Shown one piece after another: positions 10,475 through 20,353 of a DNA stretch of 56,872 bases. How positions within the stretch are numbered: position 1 is the stretch's first letter; each line of letters starts with the position of its first letter. A program made the position numbers and the translations under genes. The stretch covers positions 1 to 56,872 of the IMG/VR virus record IMGVR_UViG_3300046170_000355; one strand, written 5' to 3'. The notes beneath the pieces were generated by a model that searched no databases, was not told where the DNA came from, and saw only the letters and a program-made list of their open reading frames with translations. The stretch comes from a virus (lineage: Duplodnaviria; Caudoviricetes).

Positions 10475-11023
10475 ATGAAACTACTTATAACAATTCTTTT
10501 TTTCTTTACATTAGTAGCTACAATAACTGATATAAAAGCTGAAACCAATACCGTGTCGAGTACGGTTGTAACCAATTCAACACCTCCTACAGCATCTGCT
10601 CCAACTATCATGAATAATAATAGTGATATATGTAAAATTGGAATTGGAGCTAGTGTACAAAATAATGTTTTAGGATTAGCTTCAGGCTATGTCGTTACAG
10701 ACGAATTTTGTGAGACTCTCCGTGCTAGTCGTGCTATGTACCAATATGGCATGAAAGTTGCGGCGGTGGCATTATTATGTCAAGACCCTCGTGTCTGGGA
10801 CAGCATGCTCGATGCAGGGACTCCGTGCCCAGCAGAAGGAGCCATAGGCGCTGAAGCGGCTACTTATTGGAAGACTAATCCTAATAAGATCCCTGTTGGA
10901 TCTAAATTTAGAGAAGACTATATAGCTCAAACAAAACCGCAAACACAGGAGTTTAGTGATGTACAACAAGCTGCTTTATTTAAAACTTTGTTTATTCTTA
11001 CTACTGGTCTCCTTTTATTCTAA
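10475..11023 (+). CDS. Secreted/membrane protein, Cys-containing
   Basis: N-terminal signal-like segment, C-terminal hydrophobic anchor, 4 Cys. Confidence 0.7.
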   Translation: MKLLITILFFFTLVATITDIKAETNTVSSTVVTNSTPPTASAPTIMNNNSDICKIGIGASVQNNVLGLASGYVVTDEFCETLRASRAMYQYGMKVAAVALLCQDPRVWDSMLDAGTPCPAEGAIGAEAATYWKTNPNKIPVGSKFREDYIAQTKPQTQEFSDVQQAALFKTLFILTTGLLLF

Positions 11024-12422
11024 AGCAGATACTTGCTTACCTGATGTAGAAGGACTTTGTACTCCTGGTGTCACTATTGAAGAAGATGTTACTGTAGAAA
11101 AAACAGAAGAAGATAAAGGTACAGAAATTATCTATACCACCACAACCACCACAACCACCACTACAACAACTGTTACTAATGAAGATTCAGGAGACATTCT
11201 TGATGGTGATAATGATTATGTCACTACAAGCAAAGAAGGTGATATGGATTACGATTGGGGTGGTCAAGGCCCTGCAAATATTCCTAGTGGTAATTCTTGT
11301 TATGGCCTCGGTTCTGATAAGTGTGCTCAGATTACAGGTGGAGGTAATTCAACTTCTAATATGGGTGTTGATGGTATGGGTACAACATTTGTTAATACAA
11401 TTGACATTTCTGATTTAAGTATAGATAAGGGTGGTCAAGTTAGATATTCCATAAAGGTTGATAAACAAGATGCTCAAGATCGAATCTACATGCACATTAC
11501 AGGAACTAATGGAGGGACTACAGTCTTTTCAGGCACTGATGTTTTGTCTGAATCTGGAGTTTCGTCAGGCTATCAATCATACAATGGAGCTTTCGATTTC
11601 AGTGGCGTTTTAAAAAGTTTAACAATTGAAATAGGGGGTAGGGATATTAATCTTGCTATAGGTCCTTTATTTGACGATGTATCGGTCAATGTATTCTACA
11701 ATGTTATCAATACGATTATTGAACAACAAATCACTTCAGTAGAAGAAATAGTTTATCTCAATATCTTTGATCCTGTAGAAATAGAATATGCTACAGAGAT
11801 TATTGAATTTAATGATGTCGTTGTTGATGATGCGGGAGACGTGAGTTTTGAACCTATAGAACCTCAACAAGAAGAAGTTTCTTATGAAACGGTTGAGGTA
11901 GAAATACAAGAAATACAAACAGATTTTGAAGTAGATATACCAGAACCTGAAACACAAATGGCAGAAGTAGAAATGGAAATTGAAGCAGAATTAGAAGAGA
12001 CAATTGAAGTAGCTAGTGTCGAAGAGACCAAAGAAGAACCTTCAGAAAAGCCTGTTGAAGAAACTAAAGAAGAGGTTCCTGTAGAAAGTGAAAATAGTCC
12101 TAAAACTGTAGAAGAAAAACCTGAAGAGGTTGAAGAACCAGAAGAAAAACCTGCAAAAGAACCTTCAGCAAAAGAAAAAGCAGCTACAAAAATAGTTAAA
12201 GATATTGATGATAAAGAACGTTATGACGACACTGCTCAAACAAAAACATTACTTGTAATGCAGATATTAGGTGATACAAAAACCTTCTTTACTCCTACTC
12301 AAAGCTTTACAGAAGTAGATGTAGGGGAGTATTTAAACAAGACATTAGAGGATCAATATGGTATGTTATTTGATATGGCACAAGAAAATACAATTCAGGA
12401 GATGATAAATGGCCAGTATTGA
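10956..12422 (+). CDS. Exported acidic protein with a beta-rich domain and a Glu-rich linker
   Basis: Signal peptide-like N-terminus, poly-Thr tract, E/K/P-rich region. Confidence 0.7.
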   Translation: MMYNKLLYLKLCLFLLLVSFYSKADTCLPDVEGLCTPGVTIEEDVTVEKTEEDKGTEIIYTTTTTTTTTTTTVTNEDSGDILDGDNDYVTTSKEGDMDYDWGGQGPANIPSGNSCYGLGSDKCAQITGGGNSTSNMGVDGMGTTFVNTIDISDLSIDKGGQVRYSIKVDKQDAQDRIYMHITGTNGGTTVFSGTDVLSESGVSSGYQSYNGAFDFSGVLKSLTIEIGGRDINLAIGPLFDDVSVNVFYNVINTIIEQQITSVEEIVYLNIFDPVEIEYATEIIEFNDVVVDDAGDVSFEPIEPQQEEVSYETVEVEIQEIQTDFEVDIPEPETQMAEVEMEIEAELEETIEVASVEETKEEPSEKPVEETKEEVPVESENSPKTVEEKPEEVEEPEEKPAKEPSAKEKAATKIVKDIDDKERYDDTAQTKTLLVMQILGDTKTFFTPTQSFTEVDVGEYLNKTLEDQYGMLFDMAQENTIQEMINGQY

Positions 12423-12871
12423 GTATCAGGGAATTAAGTTTTCTGGAGGAAAATTCTTTATTATCTTATCCTTATTAGGCGCAATCCATCGGCGGTGGTT
12501 GGACAGTATATAAGTTCTATGATGATTATCTTGATATGAAAGCCAAAATAGAAGAATATACAGCTCCTGATCTATCTAAATATGATGAAGAAATAGCAGT
12601 TTTAAAATCAGAACTAGATATAATATTGGACGAAATTACCATAATCAGTGATGTGGCACGTGATATGCGTTCAGATATGAAGGCTGATTTACGTCAACAA
12701 GCTAATGATATTCGACACATAACTGAAATTGTAAATGACGTGGAAGATAGACAAAAAGAAGATACAAGAGAAGTATTTGATGAGTTAAAGCTCATTGAAG
12801 AAAGTCTTGACTTACAAATTAATAAGGCTTTAAATAACCCTTTAAGTAATATGAGTGCTAAAACAAAATGA
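12409..12871 (+). CDS. Membrane-anchored coiled-coil protein; apparent +1 error near 12486
   Basis: ATG 12409 MASIEYQGIKFSGGKFFIILSLLGAI joins ORF 12536-12871 if one C at 12486-12487 is removed. Confidence 0.65.
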
Positions 12872-13092
12872 AACTAGAAATTAAAACAGTATTACCTTAT
12901 TTAGTGTTATTTGGAACATTAGCCATGACATGGGGTATGTGGTCAGAACGTTTAAATGCAGTAGAAGTTAAAGCAGACAGTGTTGCAAAAATGCAACAAG
13001 ATGTTGCTGTTATAAAAGTACAAATTCAAGCAATTGATGAAAAAATGGCTTGGATGGAAGAATTCTTAATTAAGAATTATAGTGAGTTTTAG
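12868..13092 (+). CDS. Small membrane-anchored coiled-coil protein
   Basis: N-terminal hydrophobic helix plus heptad repeats. Confidence 0.7.
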   Translation: MKLEIKTVLPYLVLFGTLAMTWGMWSERLNAVEVKADSVAKMQQDVAVIKVQIQAIDEKMAWMEEFLIKNYSEF

Positions 13093-13256
13093 TGGTCATA
13101 TCACGAGCACAAATGCAAAAGGAAGTATCTACAGGAGATAAGAAAATGAATAAAAAACTAAAACCAATACCATCAAAAAATAAAGGTCTTAAAAAATTAC
13201 CTAAAAAAGTAAGGAATAAAATGGGCTTTAAGAAAAAAGGTGGAATAGTAAAATAG
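13092..13256 (+). CDS. Small basic protein (MVISRAQMQKEV...MGFKKKGGIVK)
   Basis: Hand-translated from a GTG overlapping the previous stop; alternative internal ATG follows a GGAG. Confidence 0.6.
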   Translation: MVISRAQMQKEVSTGDKKMNKKLKPIPSKNKGLKKLPKKVRNKMGFKKKGGIVK

Positions 13257-13328
13257 ATGTGTAAGTGTAATGAAGATTACGAATGTATATGTGGACTTGA
13301 AATAGAAGAGAACAATAAAAATGACTAA
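13257..13328 (+). CDS. Putative 23-aa Cys-rich micropeptide
   Basis: MCKCNEDYECICGLEIEENNKND exactly fills the gap between coupled genes. Confidence 0.4.
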   Translation: MCKCNEDYECICGLEIEENNKND

Positions 13329-13599
13329 ATTATGTAAAAGAGGAAAAGAAGCCGCAAAGAGAAAGTTTGACGTTTATCCTTCAGCGTATGCAAATGCGTA
13401 TGCTTCTAAAATTTGTGCTGGTAAAATAAAAGACCCTAGTGGTAAAAAAAGAAAAGATTTTAAAGGACCTAAGCCAATGGCAAAAGGTGGTTCAATTTCT
13501 CAACAAAGAAAAAAGATATCTAATTATGATCAAGGTGGAATAGCTAAAGGATGTGGAATGATTATGGAAAATAAAAGAAAAGTAACTCAAAAAATGTAA
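13321..13599 (+). CDS. Basic hypothetical protein
   Basis: KRKFDVYPSAYANAYASKIC; MAKGG and YDQGG motifs. Confidence 0.75.
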   Translation: MTKLCKRGKEAAKRKFDVYPSAYANAYASKICAGKIKDPSGKKRKDFKGPKPMAKGGSISQQRKKISNYDQGGIAKGCGMIMENKRKVTQKM

Positions 13600-13883
13600 T
13601 GGCTAAATCTGGCTTAAAAAAGTGGTTTTCTCAAGAATGGGTTGATATAGGTTCTCCAAAAAAAGGAGGAGGATTTGCCAAGTGTGGTAGATCGAAACAA
13701 AAGAAAGATGCTAAAAGAAAGTATCCAAAATGTGTTCCTAAGTCGAAAGCCACAAGTATGTCAAAGGGAGAAAGAAAATCAGCAGTGTCAAGAAAAAGAG
13801 CAGTGGCTCAAGGAGTTGGTGGTAAACCAACTAATGTGAAAACTTTTGTCAAGAAAAAAACAAGCAGAAAAAATAAAGCTTGA
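13599..13883 (+). CDS. Basic hypothetical protein
   Basis: GLKKWFSQEWVDI and YPKCVP; coupled to neighbours. Confidence 0.75.
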   Translation: MAKSGLKKWFSQEWVDIGSPKKGGGFAKCGRSKQKKDAKRKYPKCVPKSKATSMSKGERKSAVSRKRAVAQGVGGKPTNVKTFVKKKTSRKNKA

Positions 13884-14430
13884 TGTAGTTAATTGGTCCA
13901 AGACTGTCTTGGAACCAATGAATAAACATATAGGTTTTCCAGCGTGTCCTTTCGCTGCTAAATGGAGAAAAGATAAAAAAGTGCGAATTGAAGTTCGCAT
14001 GGATAAGTCTAAATATGAAAAACACTTAACTTCAGTCATTAAGTCTTGGAATAAAAAAGAACATGATATTATAATTTACTGCGATCCTTTTTTTGAACAA
14101 TATAATCCTGAACAATTTCAAGAAAAAATAGATTTTTATAATAAAACCTATAACAGAAGAGATGTATACTTTATGGGATTTCATCCTGAAACACCTGCTG
14201 ATCCTGATAGTGAAGCTTTTCTTTGTGACCCCACTGAGGAACCTGTAAAACATGGCGACTTAGAATATTCTATGATGCTTATACAAAAATTTAAACAACT
14301 GTATGATGCAAGTTGCAAACTACATAAGATAGGCTATTATAAGAAATGGCCTAAGGAATACTACGATGAAGTAGTAGCTGAAAGGCAAAATACGTACGAA
14401 AAACTTTTTAAAAAAGGAGTAAAATCATGA
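13846..14430 (+). CDS. DUF1415-like protein
   Basis: CPFA and FHP motifs. Confidence 0.55.
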   Translation: MSRKKQAEKIKLDVVNWSKTVLEPMNKHIGFPACPFAAKWRKDKKVRIEVRMDKSKYEKHLTSVIKSWNKKEHDIIIYCDPFFEQYNPEQFQEKIDFYNKTYNRRDVYFMGFHPETPADPDSEAFLCDPTEEPVKHGDLEYSMMLIQKFKQLYDASCKLHKIGYYKKWPKEYYDEVVAERQNTYEKLFKKGVKS

Positions 14431-14645
14431 TGGCAAAAAAGAAACAAGTAATGAAAAAAGGTGGCATGGCCAAAAAGCGTGGCGGTGGCATGATGAAGAA
14501 AATGAGTATGGGTGGAAATGTTTCACCAAGAAAAGCAATGGCCATGGGAATGATGGATGGTGGTCCAGCAAAGAAAAAATCTGTCGTTAAAAAACGTGGC
14601 GGTGGCATGGCCAAAAAACGTGGCGGCGGAATGATGAAAAAATAA
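14427..14645 (+). CDS. Lys/Gly/Met-rich repeat protein
   Basis: Repeated KKRGGGM units; AAGGAG RBS. Confidence 0.75.
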   Translation: MMAKKKQVMKKGGMAKKRGGGMMKKMSMGGNVSPRKAMAMGMMDGGPAKKKSVVKKRGGGMAKKRGGGMMKK

Positions 14646-14646
14646 T

Positions 14647-15327
14647 ATGGCTACCTCTGGTACAACTACTTTTAATTTAGATATAGATGACGTTGTAGAA
14701 GACGCTTACGAAAGATGTGGCGTTGAAACACGTTCAGGCTATGATTTAAAATCAGCTAGAAGAAGTTTGAATATTCTTTTTCAAGAGTGGATGAACAGAG
14801 GTATTCATTTATGGAAAGTAGAAAATGAAACTGCTAATTTAACAGCAGGCACAACTACCTATACTGCTCCAAGTGATGCAAGTGATGTTTTAGAAATGAC
14901 TTTTAGACAAATATCAAGCGGCACAACAACTGACACTACTATGACTAAGATATCACGATCAGAGTATCAGGCTTTGCCTAATAAATTTTCTCAAGGACAG
15001 CCTACTCAATATTATGTTGAGAGAAATTTGTCTAACGTTCAAATTAATCTTTATCAAACACCTAATACAACAGATACTCAAATTAATTATAACTACATAG
15101 GTAGAATACAGGACGCTGGAGCTTATACAAATCAGCCTGACGCTCCTTTTAGATTTCTTCCTTGTATGGTTTCAGGCCTAGCTTTTTATTTATCGCAAAA
15201 GAAAAACCCTCAAATGACTCAATCTTTAAAATTATATTATGAAGATGAATTACAGAGAGCTCTCACCGAAGATGGACAAAGAGCTTCAGTGCATATAGTT
15301 CCTCAAAATTATTATGTAGGGTCATAG
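14647..15327 (+). CDS. Head-tail adaptor / tail tubular A-like protein
   Basis: ARRSLNILFQEW, ISRSEY..LPNK, PFRFLPCMVSGLAFYL; position after the head genes. Confidence 0.7.
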   Translation: MATSGTTTFNLDIDDVVEDAYERCGVETRSGYDLKSARRSLNILFQEWMNRGIHLWKVENETANLTAGTTTYTAPSDASDVLEMTFRQISSGTTTDTTMTKISRSEYQALPNKFSQGQPTQYYVERNLSNVQINLYQTPNTTDTQINYNYIGRIQDAGAYTNQPDAPFRFLPCMVSGLAFYLSQKKNPQMTQSLKLYYEDELQRALTEDGQRASVHIVPQNYYVGS

Positions 15328-15328
15328 T

Positions 15329-15661
15329 ATGTCTACTTTTGCAACAGGTAAATATGCCTTAGCACTTTGTGATCGTTGTGGTCAACAATATAATTTTCTT
15401 CAACTAAAAAAAGAATGGAATGGTTTGGAAACCTGCCCTGAGTGTTTTGAACCCAAACACCCTCAACTAGATCCTCCTTATCATAGTGCTGATGCACAAG
15501 CTTTACCTTGGGCCAGACCAGCGAGACAAGAACCTATGACTGTTTTTGTTGGAGCTTCAGGAGACTCATCTTTTGAATCAAATGGAATGCAACCGTCTGA
15601 ACCAAGTAGAGCATTGATTATTGGTTCAAGTGTTGGTAAAGTGACAGTGGAGATATCATGA
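15329..15661 (+). CDS. Zn-ribbon (CxxC...CxxC) hypothetical protein
   Basis: CDRCG ... CPEC. Confidence 0.7.
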   Translation: MSTFATGKYALALCDRCGQQYNFLQLKKEWNGLETCPECFEPKHPQLDPPYHSADAQALPWARPARQEPMTVFVGASGDSSFESNGMQPSEPSRALIIGSSVGKVTVEIS

Positions 15662-16344
15662 ATTATTCAGAACTTTTAGATAATGTAAGAAATTACACAG
15701 AAGTAACAAGTGATGTATTGTCTAATTCTGTGATTAATGTTTTTTTAACTAACATAGAAAATAAAGTAGCTAGACAATTAGATTCTGATGATCAAAGAAG
15801 ATATGCCACTACAACCTTTGAAGCTAATAATGCTTTTCTAGATGTCAGTGGTCCAGAAGGTGGATTTAGATTTGCTAGAGCCTTACAAATCGTAGCTGAT
15901 GATGGAACAAGAACTTGGTTAGAGCAAAGAGATGCCACTTTTATGGACGAATATTCGGTAGAAAGATCCACGACAGATACAAATTTTACAGGGCAACCCA
16001 AGTATTGGGGTAATTGGGACGCAACAACCTTGATTGTAGCTCCTACTCCAAATGTAGCTTATACAGTGGAGATGTGGTATGATGAAACAGCCGAAAGATT
16101 AGGGAATGGTTCAGGAACAACCTCCACCACAACATTTTTGTCTAATAACGCTCCTGAAGTTTTATTATTTGGAACTTTATCGGAGGCTTTTTCTTACTTG
16201 AAAAACCCACAAGATATGCAATTATACGAAAGTAAGTACCAAGTAGCTCTGCAAGATTTTGCACAAGAGCAAATGGGTCGTAAACGTAGGGATGAGTATC
16301 AAAATGGTGTGTTACGAATTCCGATGAAATCGCTAACACCATAA
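15658..16344 (+). CDS. Phage adaptor/neck protein
   Basis: MNYSEL, GQPKYW, APTP, NAPEVLLFGTL. Confidence 0.65.
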   Translation: MNYSELLDNVRNYTEVTSDVLSNSVINVFLTNIENKVARQLDSDDQRRYATTTFEANNAFLDVSGPEGGFRFARALQIVADDGTRTWLEQRDATFMDEYSVERSTTDTNFTGQPKYWGNWDATTLIVAPTPNVAYTVEMWYDETAERLGNGSGTTSTTTFLSNNAPEVLLFGTLSEAFSYLKNPQDMQLYESKYQVALQDFAQEQMGRKRRDEYQNGVLRIPMKSLTP

Positions 16345-16359
16345 GGGAGTAACTAAAAA

Positions 16360-16803
16360 ATGACAATAAATCAAGCAGTCTGTGCTTCATTTAAAAAACA
16401 GTTATTAGAAGGCGATCATGATATTGATAACGATACAATCAATCTCGCTCTGTACACAAACTCTGTAACTTTAAATGGAAACACAACAGCCTATTCCGCA
16501 ACAAACGAAGTAGGCGCATCAGGAACATACGCAGCAGGTGGTATAACTTTAACAAGTCCAACTATTGGCTTAACAGCAACTAGCGCAACAGCTTCAACAG
16601 CATTTGTTGATTTTGCAAACGCAAGTTTTACATCAGCAACAATATCTGCTCAAGCAGCTTTGATCTATAATAGATCATCAACTGCTACTAACGCAGCTAT
16701 TTGTGTTCTTGATTTCGGTGCAGTAAAAACATCAACAAACGGTACATTCACAATCGCATTCCCAACCAATGATGCTTCAAGTGCTATATTAAGATTATCT
16801 TAA
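16360..16803 (+). CDS. Tail-associated structural protein
   Basis: SFKKQLL, GTYAAGG, ALIYN, VLDFG. Confidence 0.65.
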   Translation: MTINQAVCASFKKQLLEGDHDIDNDTINLALYTNSVTLNGNTTAYSATNEVGASGTYAAGGITLTSPTIGLTATSATASTAFVDFANASFTSATISAQAALIYNRSSTATNAAICVLDFGAVKTSTNGTFTIAFPTNDASSAILRLS

Positions 16804-16820
16804 TTTAGAGGAGCATTACC

Positions 16821-17807
16821 ATGGCAGATGCTTGGGGTGAAAATAATTGGGGCGAAGGCTTTTGGGGCCAACAAAGCTCGATCACAGTATCTGTTACTGG
16901 GTTATCGACTACAACAGCATTAGGCACGGAAAGTGTCGTAGCTGATTGCTTAGTCACATTAGATTCATTACAAGTATCTTCTGCTTTAGGCACTGCAACA
17001 GGTGAACCTGAACACGTTATTTCTGTAACACCTGTTACATTTGAAACACAACTCTCTGGAGCATTAGCAATTGAAGAAGGCGCAGGTGTCGTTCTTGGAA
17101 GTTTATCCACATCATTTGGTTTAGGCACGGAAGTAGCAGACGGAACCGTTGATGCAGGTTGGGGAAGAGGATCATGGGGATCTTTTGCATGGAATGAGAA
17201 TATAGAATTTATTACTAACGTCACAAGTGTGGCGATGTCCACGGACTTAGGTACTCCTACAATTGAAGTAGGTTCAGGTGTCATAGTTTCTGTAACAGGC
17301 TTAGAGATGACAAGTGCTCTAGGTGATACAACTGAAACAGGAACATCTCTTGTTACTTTAGATAGTCAATTAGTAAGTGTAGCTTTATCAGGAGCGACTG
17401 TTTCTGGTGAAGGAAGTGTTGCAGTTATTGCACCTTCCGATCAATTAGACTTTGCTATTGGAACTCCTACTATTGAAATATTTACACAAGTAGATCCTGT
17501 TCCAGTAACAATGACTTCTGCACTTGGAACTGCTACTGTAGAGGCCGATGCTCTTGTACAACCTACAGGAGTTTCAATGACCTCTGCTTTAGGTACGGAA
17601 ACAGTAGAGGTAGGAACGGGTGTAATTGTAAGTGTTTCCACAGTTGCCATGAGTTTTGCTGCAGGAACAGCAACAGCTACGGGTGGAGCTATTGTTAACG
17701 TAACAGGACTTGACTTATCGATAGTCACAGGAAATCCGTTTGCCACACCTTGGGCAAATGTAGTAACAGGTGCAAGTAATACTTGGACAGGGGTAGACGC
17801 AGCATAA
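16821..17807 (+). CDS. Tail-associated protein with WG motifs and beta repeats
   Basis: WGxxxWG and repeated VTG..MTSALG units. Confidence 0.65.
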   Translation: MADAWGENNWGEGFWGQQSSITVSVTGLSTTTALGTESVVADCLVTLDSLQVSSALGTATGEPEHVISVTPVTFETQLSGALAIEEGAGVVLGSLSTSFGLGTEVADGTVDAGWGRGSWGSFAWNENIEFITNVTSVAMSTDLGTPTIEVGSGVIVSVTGLEMTSALGDTTETGTSLVTLDSQLVSVALSGATVSGEGSVAVIAPSDQLDFAIGTPTIEIFTQVDPVPVTMTSALGTATVEADALVQPTGVSMTSALGTETVEVGTGVIVSVSTVAMSFAAGTATATGGAIVNVTGLDLSIVTGNPFATPWANVVTGASNTWTGVDAA

Positions 17808-17857
17808 AAAGTGTTGCTTGAATAACAAAAAAAGATATATTTTAGTGAGGTAAAAAC

Positions 17858-18916
17858 ATGGCAAGTACATTTTCAGATAGACTTAAATTAGAGCTCATGG
17901 AGACAGGCGCAAACGCCAATACATGGGGCACAAATACCAATAATAATTTAGACGTAATAGACGCATTTTCTGCAGGATATTTAGCTAAATCTGTTGCTGG
18001 TTCTGCCAATATAACTCTTTCAACTGCAAACGCTTCCGATACTGCTGAGGCTTCAAACAAAACAATTGAATTAACAGGTGCTCTTACAGGAGACATCGTA
18101 GTTTTTATTCCTGCTGTTGAGAGTCAATATACTTTTTTTAATAACACATCGGGTTCTCAAACTTTAACTATCGCAGCAACAGGACACACAGCCAATGGTA
18201 CTGCTATTACACAAGGAGCAAAATCAACTGTCTTTTGTGATGGTTCAGCTAACTTTAATGTAGAGATTGCTTCTTCCACAGATTTAGGTTCTCAGACAGG
18301 AACATTACCTCAAGTATCAGGAGCTAACTTAACAAATTTAAACGCTTCTAACGTTGCTTCAGGTACAATTGCTAACGCTCGATTAGATGCACAACTTCAA
18401 GATGTAGCGGGACTCGCAGTGACCAACGGTGGTTTTATTGTCGGTGATGGTGCTAATTTTGTTTTAGAAACTGGTGCAACCGCAAGAGCATCATTATCAT
18501 TAGATACAGGTAATGACGTTCAATTTGATTCACTTGGTGTTGCAACCGCAGCGTCAGGAACAAGTGGTGAGATAAGAGCAACAAATGATATTACTGCTTT
18601 TTATTCTTCAGATGTCTCACTCAAAGAAAATATTCACAACATATCCTCTCCAATGGATAAAGTACAAAATCTTAATGGTGTTCTTTTTGATTGGAAACAA
18701 TCATTTATTGATTCCAAAGGTGGAGAAGATGGTTATTTTATGCGCAAAACAGATGTAGGTGTTATCGCTCAAGATGTTGAAAAAGTTTTACCAGAGGTCG
18801 TGGGCACAAGACCTGATGGTGTGAAAGCCGTCAAATATGATCGTCTATGTGCTTTATTAATCGAATGCGTAAAGGATTTACAATTACAAGTTAATGACCT
18901 CAAGAAAGGACATTAA
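17858..18916 (+). CDS. Tail fibre protein with a C-terminal intramolecular chaperone (peptidase S74-like) domain
   Basis: N-terminal GANANTWG..TN; C-terminal SSDVSLKENI...GVIAQDVEKVLPE...VKYDRL. Confidence 0.85.
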   Translation: MASTFSDRLKLELMETGANANTWGTNTNNNLDVIDAFSAGYLAKSVAGSANITLSTANASDTAEASNKTIELTGALTGDIVVFIPAVESQYTFFNNTSGSQTLTIAATGHTANGTAITQGAKSTVFCDGSANFNVEIASSTDLGSQTGTLPQVSGANLTNLNASNVASGTIANARLDAQLQDVAGLAVTNGGFIVGDGANFVLETGATARASLSLDTGNDVQFDSLGVATAASGTSGEIRATNDITAFYSSDVSLKENIHNISSPMDKVQNLNGVLFDWKQSFIDSKGGEDGYFMRKTDVGVIAQDVEKVLPEVVGTRPDGVKAVKYDRLCALLIECVKDLQLQVNDLKKGH

Positions 18917-18919
18917 TCA

Positions 18920-19924
18920 ATGACTACACCTACAGGTCAAATTAGTCTAGATGACGTTAATGCAGAACTAGACATTTCTCCAGGCACACAAATCAATATG
19001 AATGCTGCTCCTGTTCGAGGATTAGCAGAAGTTCCTTCAGGAGCTATTGCTATGTCTAATCTACAAGGTAAATCCAATGCACAATTTGTTGCTGCAACAG
19101 GTGGTTCTATAACAACTTCTGGTGACTTTAAAATCCATACTTTTGATTCGAGCTCTTCCTTTTCAGTTTCTAGTGCGGGTAATGCTGCTGGATCAAATAC
19201 TGTTGAATTTATGGTTCTAGCTGGAGGTGCTGGTGGTGGCGGTTATCGAGGTGGCGGTGGCGGTAGTGGTGGGCAATTATCTAATTATCCAAGTCCAGTA
19301 ACAGGAGGACTTCCTGTAAGTGTCACAAGTTATCCAATAACTGTTGGTAGTGGTGGAAGTGCAGGATCAGGTTCTACCAACGGAGGCACTGGATCGAATT
19401 CAGTTTTTAGCACCATAACAAGTAATGGTGGAGGCGGTGGCGCTTCAAATCAAAATAGTGGTAATAGTGGTGGTTCAGGTGGTGGTGGATCATATGGTCG
19501 CCCTGATTCCTCAGCGGGGAGTGGTAACTCTCCTCCAAAATCTGCTCCCGCAACTCCTCAACAAGGATTTAATGGTGGACCAGGTGGGCAACAACAAGGT
19601 GTTCAAGCTGGTGGCGGCGGTGGAAGCGGTCAAGCTGGTCATCCCTATGTGACATCACCCACACAAGCAAGAGGTGGTGATGGAAGATCAATTTCTATAA
19701 CAGGATCCCCTGTCGCTCGAGGCGGCGGTGGTGGTGGAGGCACTGGTTCTTCAAGTCCTAGACCAGGTGGTGCCGGTGGCGGCGGATCAGGTGGTAGACC
19801 AGGCAACCCAGGTGGTGCTGGTTCAGCAAACCTTGGAGGTGGCGGCGGTGGAGGAACAACCAATCCACAAGACGGTGGATCAGGTGGCAGTGGTAAAATA
19901 ATTATAAGGTATAAATTTCAATAA
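18920..19924 (+). CDS. Glycine-rich tail fibre / receptor-binding protein
   Basis: ATGG..KIHTF, numerous GGGGG tracts, C-terminal GGSGKIIIRY. Confidence 0.75.
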   Translation: MTTPTGQISLDDVNAELDISPGTQINMNAAPVRGLAEVPSGAIAMSNLQGKSNAQFVAATGGSITTSGDFKIHTFDSSSSFSVSSAGNAAGSNTVEFMVLAGGAGGGGYRGGGGGSGGQLSNYPSPVTGGLPVSVTSYPITVGSGGSAGSGSTNGGTGSNSVFSTITSNGGGGGASNQNSGNSGGSGGGGSYGRPDSSAGSGNSPPKSAPATPQQGFNGGPGGQQQGVQAGGGGGSGQAGHPYVTSPTQARGGDGRSISITGSPVARGGGGGGGTGSSSPRPGGAGGGGSGGRPGNPGGAGSANLGGGGGGGTTNPQDGGSGGSGKIIIRYKFQ

Positions 19925-20346
19925 TGGCAAACTTTGCAAAATTAAATTCTGACAACATTGTTATGGCTCTTAATGTTGTAGATAATGATATTCTTCTTGA
20001 TGAAAATAATATTGAGCAAGAATCAAAAGGAATTACTTTTCTTCAAGAAATTCACGGTTGGACAGATTGGAAACAAACTTCTTATAACGCAAGTATAAGA
20101 AAAAACTACGCAGGAATTGGTTATAAATATGATTCAACGAGAGATGCTTTTATACCTCCACAACCTTTCTCTAGTTGGACACTAAACGAAACAACTTGTC
20201 GATGGGAGCCTCCTGTGGAGTTTCCTACCATTGATGAAAATTACTATGTAGAATGGAACGAAACCAATTTAAAATGGAATGCTACTGATAACGATAATAA
20301 TAATTTTATATGGAATTCAACAACACTTTCTTGGGACGCATCTTAA
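19924..20346 (+). CDS. Tail fibre-associated protein
   Basis: MANFAKL, WKQTSYN, RKNYAGIG, DAFIPPQP; coupled to the Gly-rich fibre gene. Confidence 0.65.
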   Translation: MANFAKLNSDNIVMALNVVDNDILLDENNIEQESKGITFLQEIHGWTDWKQTSYNASIRKNYAGIGYKYDSTRDAFIPPQPFSSWTLNETTCRWEPPVEFPTIDENYYVEWNETNLKWNATDNDNNNFIWNSTTLSWDAS

Positions 20347-20353
20347 ACCATAG

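Noticed and set aside
11137-11175. ACCACA/ACA microsatellite-like run
   Set aside because: Encodes a poly-Thr linker with mixed codons; no sign of phase variation.
16805-19863. Antisense ORFs over tail genes (16805-17284, 17441-17746, 19645-19863 poly-Pro)
   Set aside because: Shadows of codon bias in T/V/G-rich sense genes; no RBS support.
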